From Candidatus Poriferihabitaceae bacterium (lineage in GTDB: Bacteria; Pseudomonadota; Gammaproteobacteria; Arenicellales; Poriferihabitantaceae), in contig OZ243941.1 in NCBI GenBank assembly GCA_965214205.1, positions 2,225,419-2,289,418 of the forward strand: a stretch of 64,000 nt of DNA, written 5' to 3'. Each line of letters begins with the position of its first letter. Positions within the stretch are counted from its first letter, which is position 1. Shown piece by piece: positions 8,716 through 18,708 of the stretch. The translations under genes were made by a program, and so were the position numbers. The notes below the pieces were generated by a model. The model was not told where the DNA came from, ran no database searches, and saw only the letters and a list, made by a program, of their open reading frames with translations.

Positions 8716-10113
8716 TCATTTACCGATACAGAATGCGCTGAAAATCATACCGAGCAGATCATCACTGCTGATTTCTCCGGTAATCCCGGACAGCGCGCGC
8801 TGACAGGCGTTCAAATCTTCGGCCAGCAATTCACCGGCCTGGAATTTTTTCTGTTGTTCCAGGCCATGGAGCAGGAACTCCTCAGCCCGGTCCAGCGCGT
8901 CGAGATGCCTTTGCCGGGCAAGGAAATGACTGTCGTCAACATCACGAAACCCGGCAATGTGTCTGATTTTCCCCTTCAGGATGTCGATACCGTCACCGGT
9001 GAGCGCGGACACACATACCTCGTTTTCAGCCCCGCAGCCGGGTCGGCGGCCGGTCAGGTCGATTTTATTGCGTACCAGCAGGACCGGGGCCGGGGTATCC
9101 AGTTCCCGCAACAGGGAATTCGTCTCGATATCCGAAGTTTGGGAATCATCCACCAGTAAAAGCGCCAGCCCGGCGCGGTTCTGCTGCTGAATCGCCCGGC
9201 GTACCCCTTCCGCTTCGATTTCACTGGCGGCCGGTCGGATTCCGGCGGTATCGACTATTTCTACAGGCAGTCCATCCAGGTCGATGAACTGTTCCAGCAC
9301 GTCCCGTGTGGTGCCGGGAATGTCGCTGACAATCGCCCGTTGGTCATTGCACAAATAGTTGAGCAGACTGGATTTTCCCGCATTCGGCAAACCCGTCAAC
9401 ACCACCTTCAGGCCCTCCCGCAGCAACATTCCCTGTCTGGTGGATCTTTTCAACGAAGCGAACAGGGACGACAGATGTTCCAGTTGATCGACCACCCTGG
9501 CGTCTTCGAGAAAATCTATTTCCTCATCCGGGAAATCAATGGCGGCTTCGACAAAAATCCGCAGACGGGTCACCTCCTCCACCAGTTCGTGGATGCGCCT
9601 CGAAAAGCCACCCTGAAGCGATTGAACCGCAGACCGGGCCGCGGCCTGCGTGCCGCTGTCGATCAAATCCGCAATCGCCTCCGCCTGGGTCAGATCCATC
9701 CGTCCGTTCAAAAAAGCGCGTTTGGAGAATTCGCCGGGCTGAGCCAGTCTGGCGCCCAACGCCAGGCAATTCTGCAACAACATCTGCATCACCACGGGAC
9801 TGCCGTGAGCCTGGAGTTCGAGCGTGGATTCCCCGGTGAAACTGTGCGGGGCGGGGAAATACAAGGCGATTCCATTGTCAATAACCAAGCCGTCCCGGTC
9901 CAGGAAATCGGTATGGTGGGCATGGCGGGGAGCCGGACAGACGCCGACAAGCCGCCTGGCGATGCGGATTACATCCGGGTCGGGACCGGACAGACGGACA
10001 ATACTGATTCCCCCGCGGCCCGGCGGCGTCGCAACGGCGACAATGGTATCGGTACTTGCGAAGCCGGGTGAAACCCCGGATTCCGGTTCAGGGCATGTCC
10101 CTGAATCAGGCAC
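8716..10113 (-). CDS. mnmE: tRNA modification GTPase MnmE (TrmE)
   Basis: Motifs DTIVAVATPPGRGGISIVRLSG, G1 GLPNAGKSSLLN, DTAGIR and NKIDL, plus the C-terminal CIGK. There is a roughly 20-aa N-terminal extension if the start is at 10113. Confidence 0.95.
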   Translation of the reverse strand: MPDSGTCPEPESGVSPGFASTDTIVAVATPPGRGGISIVRLSGPDPDVIRIARRLVGVCPAPRHAHHTDFLDRDGLVIDNGIALYFPAPHSFTGESTLELQAHGSPVVMQMLLQNCLALGARLAQPGEFSKRAFLNGRMDLTQAEAIADLIDSGTQAAARSAVQSLQGGFSRRIHELVEEVTRLRIFVEAAIDFPDEEIDFLEDARVVDQLEHLSSLFASLKRSTRQGMLLREGLKVVLTGLPNAGKSSLLNYLCNDQRAIVSDIPGTTRDVLEQFIDLDGLPVEIVDTAGIRPAASEIEAEGVRRAIQQQNRAGLALLLVDDSQTSDIETNSLLRELDTPAPVLLVRNKIDLTGRRPGCGAENEVCVSALTGDGIDILKGKIRHIAGFRDVDDSHFLARQRHLDALDRAEEFLLHGLEQQKKFQAGELLAEDLNACQRALSGITGEISSDDLLGMIFSAFCIGK

Positions 10114-11830
10114 TCTGGTACTTGCGGGTGATATAGTATTGCTGCGCGATGGAAAGAAGGTTATTGACCACCCAGTAAAGAACCAGGCCGGCCGGGAACC
10201 ACAGGAAAAAGATGGTAAACACGAAAGGCAGCGCCATCATGATCTTTTTCTGGATCGGGTCGACCGGGGCGGGATTCAGGAAGTGCTGGGCCAGCATCGA
10301 AAGTCCCATGATAATCGGCAACACAAAGTACGGGTCCGGCAGTGAAAGATCATTCAGCCACCACATGAAATCGGCCTGACGCAGTTCCACACTCTCCAGC
10401 AGGGTCCAGTACAATGCGATGAATACCGGAATCTGCACCAGCACGGGTAAACAGCCGCCCGCCGGATTCACTTTCTCCTGCTTGTAGAGTTTCATCATCT
10501 CCTGTTGAAACTTCTGCTTGTCGCCACTGTAGCGCTCTTTCAGTGTCGCCATTCTCGGCTGCAGCTTTTTCATCTTCGCCATCGACTTGTAACTGGCCGC
10601 TGACAGAGGATAGAAAACCGCCTTGACCAGAACCGTCAGCAGGATAATGGCCCACCCCCAGTTCAGGGTTACCCCGTAGATCTTGCTCAACAGCCAGAAC
10701 AGGGGGTTGGCGAGCGGGGTGAACCAGCCATAGTCCACCGTCAATTTCAATCCATTCTTGTTCTGCCGGTCGAGGCGCACCTGTTCTTTCGGTCCGACAA
10801 ACATCGCGGTTGGAATCACACCGGTCTGGCTGGGATGGACCGTCACCGGCCGGGTTGTCTTGTAGCCGATGCGGTATTCGGGTTTGGGAGTCTTGTTGTT
10901 CACGCCCGAATACAACTGGTAATAATCGGACTCCATCGGCAGCCATGCGGCCACAAAGTAATGCTGCAGCATCGCAACCCAGCCATCCACCGTGGTCATG
11001 TTCAATGTTTCGTCCTGAATCTCGCCGTAGTCAATTTTGTCGTACTTGTCTTCCTCGGTATAAATCGCCGCCCCATTGTAACTCGGTATCCGCCCCAGGA
11101 AACCCAGTGACCCTTCCTGTTCAATTTCGGTTTGTTTCAACTGTCCGTAGACAAAACCCGTCCATGGCTGGTCGCTGTTGTTGGTGACCCGGAAATCAAC
11201 CTCTATCCGGTAACTGTCCCTCTGGAAACGGTAAATTTTCTCATAATCCACGCCATCCGGGGCGCTCCAGGTCAATACCACATCCAGATTCTGGTCGTCA
11301 CCCAGGCGGTACTCGAACTGAGACGCGGAAAACTCGATATTATGATTGGGATACTCCCGGTCCTGCCCGATCAGCCCGCTTTGCGCGACGAACAGGCTCG
11401 GATTGTCCCTGTGCATCAGCACGAACGGAATATCGGGCGTATCCACACTGACCGGATGCTTCAGCAGTTCCACCCGGATCAGGTCCCCGCCGCGGGGGTC
11501 TATTTGCGCATTGACCAGATCTGTCGTGATCTGGATAATCCGGCCATCGGCAGCCCCCGCGTCTTCAGCCGCGCCGACCTCGTCAACCGGGGCGTCCGCT
11601 CCGGCGCTATCAATGTTGGCTGTTATCTCAGGAGCGTCGGGCACATCCTCGGTCAAATTGACACGGGGGACGGCGGCGCCCGGGACTGACCCATCCGCGC
11701 CCCGCTCGGCGGTCGGGACGCCTGCCACCGATCTTTCGCGCTGGAATTCCGTCCAGGATTGCCAGATCATGACCAGCACCAGGCCGAGCGCCACGAACAG
11801 CATCATTTTTTGAAATGGCATGTTACTCAA
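10106..11830 (-). CDS. yidC: Membrane protein insertase YidC
   Basis: 574 aa with an N-terminal TM helix, a large periplasmic domain and a C-terminal insertase core ([32 protein letters not shown]). Its position after yidD/rnpA is canonical. Confidence 0.95.
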   Translation of the reverse strand: MSNMPFQKMMLFVALGLVLVMIWQSWTEFQRERSVAGVPTAERGADGSVPGAAVPRVNLTEDVPDAPEITANIDSAGADAPVDEVGAAEDAGAADGRIIQITTDLVNAQIDPRGGDLIRVELLKHPVSVDTPDIPFVLMHRDNPSLFVAQSGLIGQDREYPNHNIEFSASQFEYRLGDDQNLDVVLTWSAPDGVDYEKIYRFQRDSYRIEVDFRVTNNSDQPWTGFVYGQLKQTEIEQEGSLGFLGRIPSYNGAAIYTEEDKYDKIDYGEIQDETLNMTTVDGWVAMLQHYFVAAWLPMESDYYQLYSGVNNKTPKPEYRIGYKTTRPVTVHPSQTGVIPTAMFVGPKEQVRLDRQNKNGLKLTVDYGWFTPLANPLFWLLSKIYGVTLNWGWAIILLTVLVKAVFYPLSAASYKSMAKMKKLQPRMATLKERYSGDKQKFQQEMMKLYKQEKVNPAGGCLPVLVQIPVFIALYWTLLESVELRQADFMWWLNDLSLPDPYFVLPIIMGLSMLAQHFLNPAPVDPIQKKIMMALPFVFTIFFLWFPAGLVLYWVVNNLLSIAQQYYITRKYQSA

Positions 11831-12057
11831 TTTTCAGCCGGGACCGGATCATCCCCTCCTTCATGCCAGGGATGGCAACGCCCAACCCGTTTGACGGTCA
11901 ACCAGGCGCCGTAAATCACGCCATGCCGCTCGACCGCTTCGATCGCGTACCTCGAACAGGTTGGATGGAAGCGGCAGTTCTGCCGCAGGAACGGACTCAG
12001 CGCAATCTGGTAAATCCGGATCAGGACAATCAAGATTTTTTCCGGCAACTTTCGCAT
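11827..12057 (-). CDS. yidD: Membrane protein insertion efficiency factor YidD
   Basis: 76 aa with the motif [19 protein letters not shown]. It overlaps the rnpA 3' end, as is usual. Confidence 0.9.
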   Translation of the reverse strand: MRKLPEKILIVLIRIYQIALSPFLRQNCRFHPTCSRYAIEAVERHGVIYGAWLTVKRVGRCHPWHEGGDDPVPAEN

Positions 12058-12419
12058 TTTCGACTCGCTCTACCCCACAAACTGTCCAGCTCTTTCTTCA
12101 GCATCCGGTTGGGTTGTTCCGCGCCGCCCGCTTTGGACACAACGACGCAATCCATCGAACAACCCGCGGACGACAGCGTCCACTGATTGGCCCGGAACGA
12201 TTCCCTGATCTGCCTCTTGATCCGGTTGCGTTCAACCGCCTTTTTACTGACCCGTCTGGAAACCGCCAACCCCAGTCTGGCATGTGGAAGCGCGTTCCCG
12301 GCGACATGCAGACTGAAATACCTGCCATGGACTGAAATCCTTCGATCAAAAACCGCCTTGAACTGAGCGCCTTTCAATAACTTTTGATGTCGTCCAAAAC
12401 CAGCCGCAAGCGGCGACAT
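12030..12419 (-). CDS. rnpA: Ribonuclease P protein component
   Basis: 129 aa, basic, with the RNR-type motif [15 protein letters not shown]. It lies between rpmH and yidD. Confidence 0.9.
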   Translation of the reverse strand: MSPLAAGFGRHQKLLKGAQFKAVFDRRISVHGRYFSLHVAGNALPHARLGLAVSRRVSKKAVERNRIKRQIRESFRANQWTLSSAGCSMDCVVVSKAGGAEQPNRMLKKELDSLWGRASRKCESCRKKS

Positions 12420-12444
12420 GGGTCAATCTTGTCAGGCGCTCCAG

Positions 12445-12579
12445 TCAGGCGCTTAAACGGGCGCGGCCTCTGGCGCGGCGCGCATTGATAATGGCGCGCC
12501 CCCCTCTGGTACGCATACGTTCACGAAATCCGTGGGTTCTCTTGCGCTTGACTTCGCTGGGTTGAAATGTACGTTTCAT
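12445..12579 (-). CDS. rpmH: 50S ribosomal protein L34
   Basis: Not in the ORF track (44 aa). My translation of the minus strand is [44 protein letters not shown] followed by a stop. Confidence 0.95.
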   Translation of the reverse strand: MKRTFQPSEVKRKRTHGFRERMRTRGGRAIINARRARGRARLSA

Positions 12580-12746
12580 ATTATTTGTTCAATCTCCGTC
12601 AGAGGGTTGCGGAATCTACCCTGTTTGACCAGAAAATTCAAGTGATTTGATATTCCTTGAAACATCCGTTTACACAATATATGCTTGGCGCGTAAAACTC
12701 ATCACTGGCCGTCGAATCCGGCCGCGGACTACTCCGGACGATCCCG

Positions 12747-14060
12747 ATGCGCACAATCCTGACCGACAAGAAGGTAGTCGCCTGGGCATTGTATGACTGG
12801 GGTAATTCCGCCTTCGCCACGACGGTCGTCGCCGGATTCTTTCCGATTTTCTACAGCACACTGTCATCCGACCTGAGTGTCACCGATTCCCAGTTCTGGT
12901 TCAACATGACCCTGGCCATAAGCAGCGCGCTGGTCGCCGTCGCGGCTCCGGTTCTGGGAGCCATTGCCGACTCCGGAAGCTCCCGCAAAAAGTTCCTGGC
13001 CACTTTCTCCCTGCTCGGAATTCTGATGTGCGTGGGGCTGGCCTGGGTCGGGGCGGGAATGTGGTGGGCGGCGCTGATCGTCTACGGCCTGGGGCAGATC
13101 GGATTCTCCACCTCCATGATTTTTTATGACGCGCTGCTCGTCGAGGTATCGTCCGGGGAGGATATGGATGTCGTGTCCGGCTACGGCTACGCCCTGGGCT
13201 ATATCGGAGGCGGGCTGCTTTTCCTGGTCAATGTCCTGATGGTTACGCAATTCGAATGGTTTGGCATCCCCGATCAGGCCAGCGCCCTGTCCCTGTCCTT
13301 TGTCTCCGTCGGCGTCTGGTGGACGGTATTCACACTGCCATTGCTGTATGTTGTCGAGGAACCGCAGGAATCGCAAGGATCGGCCGCTGTCTCGAAGACG
13401 GAAACAATCAGACAGGGCTTTGCGCATCTGGCCGAGACCTTTCGGGAAATCCGGAAACTGAAATATGTGCTGTTGTTCCTGATCAGCTACTGGCTGTACA
13501 TTGACGGCCTCGGCACCATTTTCAGGACCGCGGTGTTTTTCGCGGACCGCATCCTGAATCTGCCGCCGGAAAGCCTGATTACCGCGCTCCTGCTGACCCA
13601 GTTCATATCCTTCCCCTCGGCGTTGTTCTTCGGCTGGCTGGGCCAGAGAATCGGCCCGAAACGTGGCATACTGATTGGCTTGCTGGTCTATACCATAGTC
13701 GTCATCTATGCCTGGAAATGGCTCAACTCCGCTGTCGATTTCTACTGGCTTGCCGCGACCATCGGTCTGGTTCAGGGTGGCGTGCAAAGCCTGAGCAGGT
13801 CCCTGTTCGCCCGCTTGATTCCACAATCGAAGACGACCGAATTTTTTGGTTTTTATAATATGGTGGGCAAGTTCGCCAGCATCTTCGGTCCGATCCTGAT
13901 GGCGCTCGTACCGATTGTCTTCGTCGGCGGCAGCGCCCGGGACAGCATTCTGGTTCTGGTCATTCTTTTTGTCTCCGGCGGCTACCTGCTTTACCGCCTC
14001 GATGTGGACAAGGCGGTCTTGGCGACGCAGGCGCTGGACGATCACAACTCAACAACCTGA
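12747..14060 (+). CDS. MFS transporter, UMF1 (Atg22-like) family
   Basis: 437 aa with about 12 TM helices. The N-terminal WALYDWGNSAFATTVVAGFFPIFY is the family signature. Confidence 0.8.
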   Translation: MRTILTDKKVVAWALYDWGNSAFATTVVAGFFPIFYSTLSSDLSVTDSQFWFNMTLAISSALVAVAAPVLGAIADSGSSRKKFLATFSLLGILMCVGLAWVGAGMWWAALIVYGLGQIGFSTSMIFYDALLVEVSSGEDMDVVSGYGYALGYIGGGLLFLVNVLMVTQFEWFGIPDQASALSLSFVSVGVWWTVFTLPLLYVVEEPQESQGSAAVSKTETIRQGFAHLAETFREIRKLKYVLLFLISYWLYIDGLGTIFRTAVFFADRILNLPPESLITALLLTQFISFPSALFFGWLGQRIGPKRGILIGLLVYTIVVIYAWKWLNSAVDFYWLAATIGLVQGGVQSLSRSLFARLIPQSKTTEFFGFYNMVGKFASIFGPILMALVPIVFVGGSARDSILVLVILFVSGGYLLYRLDVDKAVLATQALDDHNSTT

Positions 14061-14080
14061 TACTGATATTGACGACAGAT

Positions 14081-15544
14081 ATGACCGATCCTGATATTTT
14101 TGAGACACTGGACCCGGAAAACTGGGACGAAATGCGTGAACTCGGCCACCGGATGATGGATGACGCCATCGACTGGCTGCAATCCGCGGGTGAACGGCCG
14201 GTCTGGCAGCGGATGCCGGAGGAAGTCACGGACACCTTCCATCAGCCCTGCCCCGCCGAGCCCGGCGACCCGGTCGCGGTATATGAAGAATTCAGGCGCA
14301 ATATCATGCCCTACCCGTTGGGCAATATCCATCCACGGTTCTGGGCATGGTACATGGGGAACGGCACAGTGATGGGGGCGTTCGCCGACCTGATGGCGGC
14401 CACCATGAATTCCAATCTGGGCGGCGGCTACCATTCCGCGATTCTGGTCGAAGGCCAGACGCTGGACTGGATGAAAACGATCATGCGGTTTCCGCGGGAA
14501 TCCAGCGGCCTGCTGGTCAGCGGCGGCTCGATGGCCAACCTGGTGGGGCTGGCTGTGGCGCGCAATGACATGGCCGGGTTTGACGTCAGAAAGAAAGGGA
14601 TACAGTCGATTGACCATAAACTGACGATGTACGCCTCCACCGAAGTACACAGTTGCAACCAGAAAGCCGCCGAGCTTCTGGGCCTCGGCAGCGAATGTTT
14701 CAGGCGGATTCACGTCAACGACGACTTCAGCATGAATCTCGACGACCTTGAATCCAGGCTCGCCGATGATGTCGCGCAAGGCTTCAAACCGGTCTGCGTA
14801 ATCGCCACATCCGGCACCGTCAATACCGGAGCGATTGACGACCTGGGCGCCATTGCGGACATTTGCGAGCGTTATCGCATCTGGTTTCATGTCGATGGAG
14901 CGATTGGCGCCATCGCCATGCTGTCGGAACAGGCCCAACCGATGCTGGCGGGAATCGAACGGGCGCATTCAGTCGCCCTGGACCTGCACAAATGGATGCA
15001 TGTTCCATTTGAGGCCGGCTGCGTGCTGGTGCGGGACGCCAGGGCGCACAAGGACACCTTCTCACTGATTCCGGAATACCTGCAGCAATTCACCCGCGGC
15101 ATCGCCTCCGGCAGCAACTGGCCGTCCGAATACGGGGTCGAACTGAGCCGTTCCTTTCGCGCCTTGAAAATATGGATGACGATCAAGGAACACGGCACGA
15201 AAAGGCTGGGGCGCATGATTTCGCGCAATCTCGATCAGGCCCGGTATCTGGGGCAATTGATCCGGGAACGGGAAAAACTCGAACTGGTCGCCCCGGTCGG
15301 TCTCGACATTGTCTGTTATCGGTTCAATCCGGGCGGCATGGACCTCGAATCCCTGAACGAACTGAATCGGGGAATCCTGGTTGAGCTCCAGGAACAGGGG
15401 ATTGCCGCGCCTTCCTATACCACCCTGCGGAATAACTATAGTATCCGTGTTGCCATCGCCAACCACCGCAGCCGTAACGAGGATTTTGATGTGCTGATCG
15501 CACAGACAGTCCGTCTGGGCGAATTACTGATGGCTGATCGGTAA
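14081..15544 (+). CDS. Pyridoxal-phosphate-dependent (group II) amino-acid decarboxylase
   Basis: Motifs SGGSMANLVGL and HVDGAIGA, plus VALDLHKWMHVPFEAGCVLV containing the PLP lysine. The ATG at 14081 is preferred over the TTG at 14069. Confidence 0.85.
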   Translation: MTDPDIFETLDPENWDEMRELGHRMMDDAIDWLQSAGERPVWQRMPEEVTDTFHQPCPAEPGDPVAVYEEFRRNIMPYPLGNIHPRFWAWYMGNGTVMGAFADLMAATMNSNLGGGYHSAILVEGQTLDWMKTIMRFPRESSGLLVSGGSMANLVGLAVARNDMAGFDVRKKGIQSIDHKLTMYASTEVHSCNQKAAELLGLGSECFRRIHVNDDFSMNLDDLESRLADDVAQGFKPVCVIATSGTVNTGAIDDLGAIADICERYRIWFHVDGAIGAIAMLSEQAQPMLAGIERAHSVALDLHKWMHVPFEAGCVLVRDARAHKDTFSLIPEYLQQFTRGIASGSNWPSEYGVELSRSFRALKIWMTIKEHGTKRLGRMISRNLDQARYLGQLIREREKLELVAPVGLDIVCYRFNPGGMDLESLNELNRGILVELQEQGIAAPSYTTLRNNYSIRVAIANHRSRNEDFDVLIAQTVRLGELLMADR

Positions 15545-15559
15545 TGCGGGCGGGCACGA

Positions 15560-16126
15560 TTAATTCGACACTCGGTCGGACCATTTTATCGAGCAGCCGA
15601 TACTGGGTATCTGATGTTCCGGTCCCAGACCGGTTTGTGCAATACGTTTCATCGCCTCGTACAGCTCGCGCCGCACTCCTTCGGCTGCCGGCCGCATCCC
15701 GCTTTCGTCCAGCCGCCCCCGGTACTGAAGTCGTAGATCCGCGTTATAACCAAAGAAATCCGGCGTGCAGACGGCGCCGTATTGTCGGGCCGCCTGCTGA
15801 CTACCATCAAGCAGGTAGGGGAATGAAAACCCTTTCTCCCGGGCCAGGCGCTCCATGTTTTCCGGGGAATCTTCAGGATATTCCGCCGGATCATTGGACA
15901 TGATGGCAGCGCTGCCAATCCCGAACTGCCGCAATTCATCCGTGTCACGCACAATACGGTCAATCACCGCTTTTACGTATGGGCAGTGATTGCAAATGAA
16001 CATGATCAATAACCCATTCTCCCCGCGGCAGCTTTCCAGGGTCTGGATTTCTCCATGGGTATCAGGCAGGGAGAAATCAATGGCGGGCAGGCCAAATTCA
16101 CAAACCGGGGTTTCAAGGGCGACCAT
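15560..16126 (-). CDS. Thioredoxin-fold (AhpC/TSA-like) thiol-disulfide oxidoreductase
   Basis: 188 aa with an FICNHCPYV redox motif in a thioredoxin-like context. Confidence 0.7.
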   Translation of the reverse strand: MVALETPVCEFGLPAIDFSLPDTHGEIQTLESCRGENGLLIMFICNHCPYVKAVIDRIVRDTDELRQFGIGSAAIMSNDPAEYPEDSPENMERLAREKGFSFPYLLDGSQQAARQYGAVCTPDFFGYNADLRLQYRGRLDESGMRPAAEGVRRELYEAMKRIAQTGLGPEHQIPSIGCSIKWSDRVSN

Positions 16127-16200
16127 TCCAGCTTAACCTCGTCCAGCGCTGATTACAGTTACATGGAGATTGTAATAGCGGGGCCACAATCGCTCAACCA

Positions 16201-17790
16201 TTAAAACCCGATAGCGATACCGTCCTTCCTGTGGTCTGATCCGCCCTCATAACCATGTTCCGTCTTCCTGATCAGTTGCGCCCCGCCCATGCTGAAAATC
16301 TGTTCGTGTTCGAACTCCGGGACATCGTGGCCACGTTCCCGTAATCCGGCCCGGATATGCTGGTCATACCCGGATTCCAGCAGCACCTGTTTCTCCTCAG
16401 TCACCTGCCATCTCGGCGCGTCACTGGCCGCCTGGGGGTTCATGCCTTGATCACAGATGCGCTGTACGATCTGCGCGTGTCCCTGCGCCTGCATGTGTCC
16501 GCCCATCACGCCGAAACTCATGACCGGTGATCCGTTGCGGGTAAGAAACGCCGGAATAATCGTATGGAACGGCCGCTTTCCGCCCGCCACCTGATTCGGA
16601 TGACCCTCTTCAAGAGTAAATCCCGATCCCCGGTTTTGCAGACTGATCCCGGTATCGGGAATCACGATCCCTGAGCCAAAACCACAATAATTGCTCTGAA
16701 TATACGAAACCATCATACCGGACTGGTCAGCAGTCGTCAGATAGATAGTGCCACTTCTGGCTGGTACGCCGTATCCCGGGTCCTGCGCCCTGCTCATGTC
16801 AATCATCGCGGCGCGTGACGCGAGGTAACCCTCATCCAGCAGGTCAACCGCTACCCGGTCGATAAAATCCGGGTCGGCGACATAGCGCCGGATGTCGGCA
16901 AAGGCCAGCTTCATGGCTTCAATCTGACAATGCAGGGCATCCACCGAATCCGCCTCATACTCCGCAACCGGACTGTGCGCTAAAATGCCGAGCATGATCA
17001 AGGCGCCGATCCCCTGGCCGTTAGGCGGGATTTCATGCAGATCATAACCGTGCCAGCGATGAGAGATCAATTCAACCCAGTCACATTGATGCTGATCCAG
17101 GTCTGCTAACGTGAATTTCCCGCCATCCCGCCGAGAGGTCGCAACTATTCTCTGCGCCAGTTCCCCGCGGTAAAACGCCTCCCCCTTGCTGACCGCAATT
17201 TTCTCCAGCGTGCGGGCCTGGTCTGGAAACCGGAACAGATCACCGGTCTGCGGGGGCCTGCCATCCGGTAAAAATGGCGCAAAATCGGGGAAATCAGCAA
17301 ACTCGTCCGGCGCGAAAGACCACAATCGCGCCGTGATCGGCGTAACCTGGAACCCGGCATCGGCATAATGGATCGCATCCTCGAACAGCGACTCGAAGGA
17401 GAGCCTGCCGAATTTCTCCGATAGCTCAACCCAGGCGCTGACCGCACCCGGCACAGTCACGCTATCCCAGCCGGTCAAGGGCATTTCCTTCAAGCCCGTG
17501 AAATCCCGCTTGTCGAGCGCCATCGGACTTCTGCCCGACGCATTCAACCCATGCAACTGATCGCCATCCCGGACAATACAAAAAGCATCGCTGCCAATGC
17601 CGTTCATGGTGGGTTCGACTACGGTCAGGGTAATGGCTGCTACCAGCGCTGCGTCCACCGCGTTGCCCCCTCTTTTGAGTGCCTGCAACCCGGCCTGCGC
17701 CGCTAACGGATGGGAAGTCGCCACCATATTCTGACCGACCGCCGGCATACGCTGCGAAGGCCAGGGGAACTGTTGCTGGAAGGAATTCAT
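16201..17790 (-). CDS. Gamma-glutamyltransferase family protein (no obvious signal peptide)
   Basis: 529 aa. Motifs are GGNAVDAALVAAITLTVVEP, a processing-site region SGTIYLTTAD and FGVMGGHMQAQGH. Confidence 0.85.
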   Translation of the reverse strand: MNSFQQQFPWPSQRMPAVGQNMVATSHPLAAQAGLQALKRGGNAVDAALVAAITLTVVEPTMNGIGSDAFCIVRDGDQLHGLNASGRSPMALDKRDFTGLKEMPLTGWDSVTVPGAVSAWVELSEKFGRLSFESLFEDAIHYADAGFQVTPITARLWSFAPDEFADFPDFAPFLPDGRPPQTGDLFRFPDQARTLEKIAVSKGEAFYRGELAQRIVATSRRDGGKFTLADLDQHQCDWVELISHRWHGYDLHEIPPNGQGIGALIMLGILAHSPVAEYEADSVDALHCQIEAMKLAFADIRRYVADPDFIDRVAVDLLDEGYLASRAAMIDMSRAQDPGYGVPARSGTIYLTTADQSGMMVSYIQSNYCGFGSGIVIPDTGISLQNRGSGFTLEEGHPNQVAGGKRPFHTIIPAFLTRNGSPVMSFGVMGGHMQAQGHAQIVQRICDQGMNPQAASDAPRWQVTEEKQVLLESGYDQHIRAGLRERGHDVPEFEHEQIFSMGGAQLIRKTEHGYEGGSDHRKDGIAIGF

Positions 17791-18683
17791 GAGGGTGCGA
17801 CAGCGCGTGACCTGCGCTCAGCGCCAATTGCGATCAGGCTGTATACTACCACCGAAACCAGGACAATGGCGCTCCCCAAAAGAGCATAGCCACCCGGAAC
17901 CTCATGCACCCAGATCCATACCCACAGCGGATTCAGGATGGTCTCGCTCATTGAGAACAAAGCGACCTCTGCCGCTGGAATAAAGCGCGTACCCACTGTG
18001 AGGAACAGAAAACCCAAACCAAGCTGGAACGAACCCAGCATCATGCAAATCACCAGATCATGCAGGCTGATATCGATATCACCCACCATCACCAGCGCAA
18101 TGATGCAGGTAATCAGGCCGGACAGGCCGGTAGCCGGGATCATGTCAATATGTTTGCTGGAACGCAGGAGTAAAAGGTAAACCGCGAACAGGAAGACCAG
18201 CAGCAACGCCAGCAAATTACCGAACAGGCCGCCACTTACCAGGCCGTCGACAAACATCAGGCCAATACCGATCACCGACGTGAACATCGCCGCCAGACTC
18301 CAGACGCTGATTTTCTCCTTCAGGAACAACCACGCCAGAAGCGCGGTAACCAGAGGCGCCGAACCGATAATAAATACTACGTTGGCGACGGTGGTATGGA
18401 GCATCGCAAAAACATAGCAGACCGAACCCAATCCAAGCAGGGTAGCCGCCAGGATACCCTTGAGGCCCACCGCGCGATAAACCGCGAATGTCTTTCTGCG
18501 GTAGCGAAACAGCATGATGGCGCCGATCGTGATGAAAAACGTGAGAGAACGGAACAGGATCACTTGCCATCCGTCCGCCCGCTCCAGGCTACGCAACATA
18601 ATCCCGGAAGTACTGAGGAATACCCCGCCCATAAAGACGATCAGAATTCCGATCAGGTATCTATTTTGTGTGATTTCGGTCAA
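17787..18683 (-). CDS. DMT superfamily (EamA-like) transporter
   Basis: 298 aa with about 10 TM helices in two EamA-like halves. It shares a 4-bp ATGA overlap with the downstream ggt-like gene. Confidence 0.8.
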   Translation of the reverse strand: MTEITQNRYLIGILIVFMGGVFLSTSGIMLRSLERADGWQVILFRSLTFFITIGAIMLFRYRRKTFAVYRAVGLKGILAATLLGLGSVCYVFAMLHTTVANVVFIIGSAPLVTALLAWLFLKEKISVWSLAAMFTSVIGIGLMFVDGLVSGGLFGNLLALLLVFLFAVYLLLLRSSKHIDMIPATGLSGLITCIIALVMVGDIDISLHDLVICMMLGSFQLGLGFLFLTVGTRFIPAAEVALFSMSETILNPLWVWIWVHEVPGGYALLGSAIVLVSVVVYSLIAIGAERRSRAVAPS

Positions 18684-18708
18684 GATGAATCAGGGTTCAA
18701 GTCGGGCT

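Noticed and set aside
12580-12746. Possible oriC next to rpmH (also considered next to mnmG at 5873-5904)
   Set aside because: Only a single near-match to a DnaA box (GTTTACACA) was found. There is no AT-rich 13-mer cluster and no dnaA gene, and the mnmG upstream spacer is only 32 bp.
12864-14045. 393-aa minus-strand ORF, together with other long antisense ORFs. These are 14042-14968 (-), 38155-39168 (-), 46327-47214 (+), 20647-21516 (+), 53217-54035 (-), 43964-44719 (-), 4112-4780 (+), 49899-50591 (-) and 10350-10946 (-).
   Set aside because: Each lies entirely antisense to, or out of frame within, a gene with clear family motifs. Their translations are Arg/Pro/Gly/His-rich low-complexity strings with no recognisable domains. 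That is the usual consequence of stop-codon depletion in GC-rich coding DNA.
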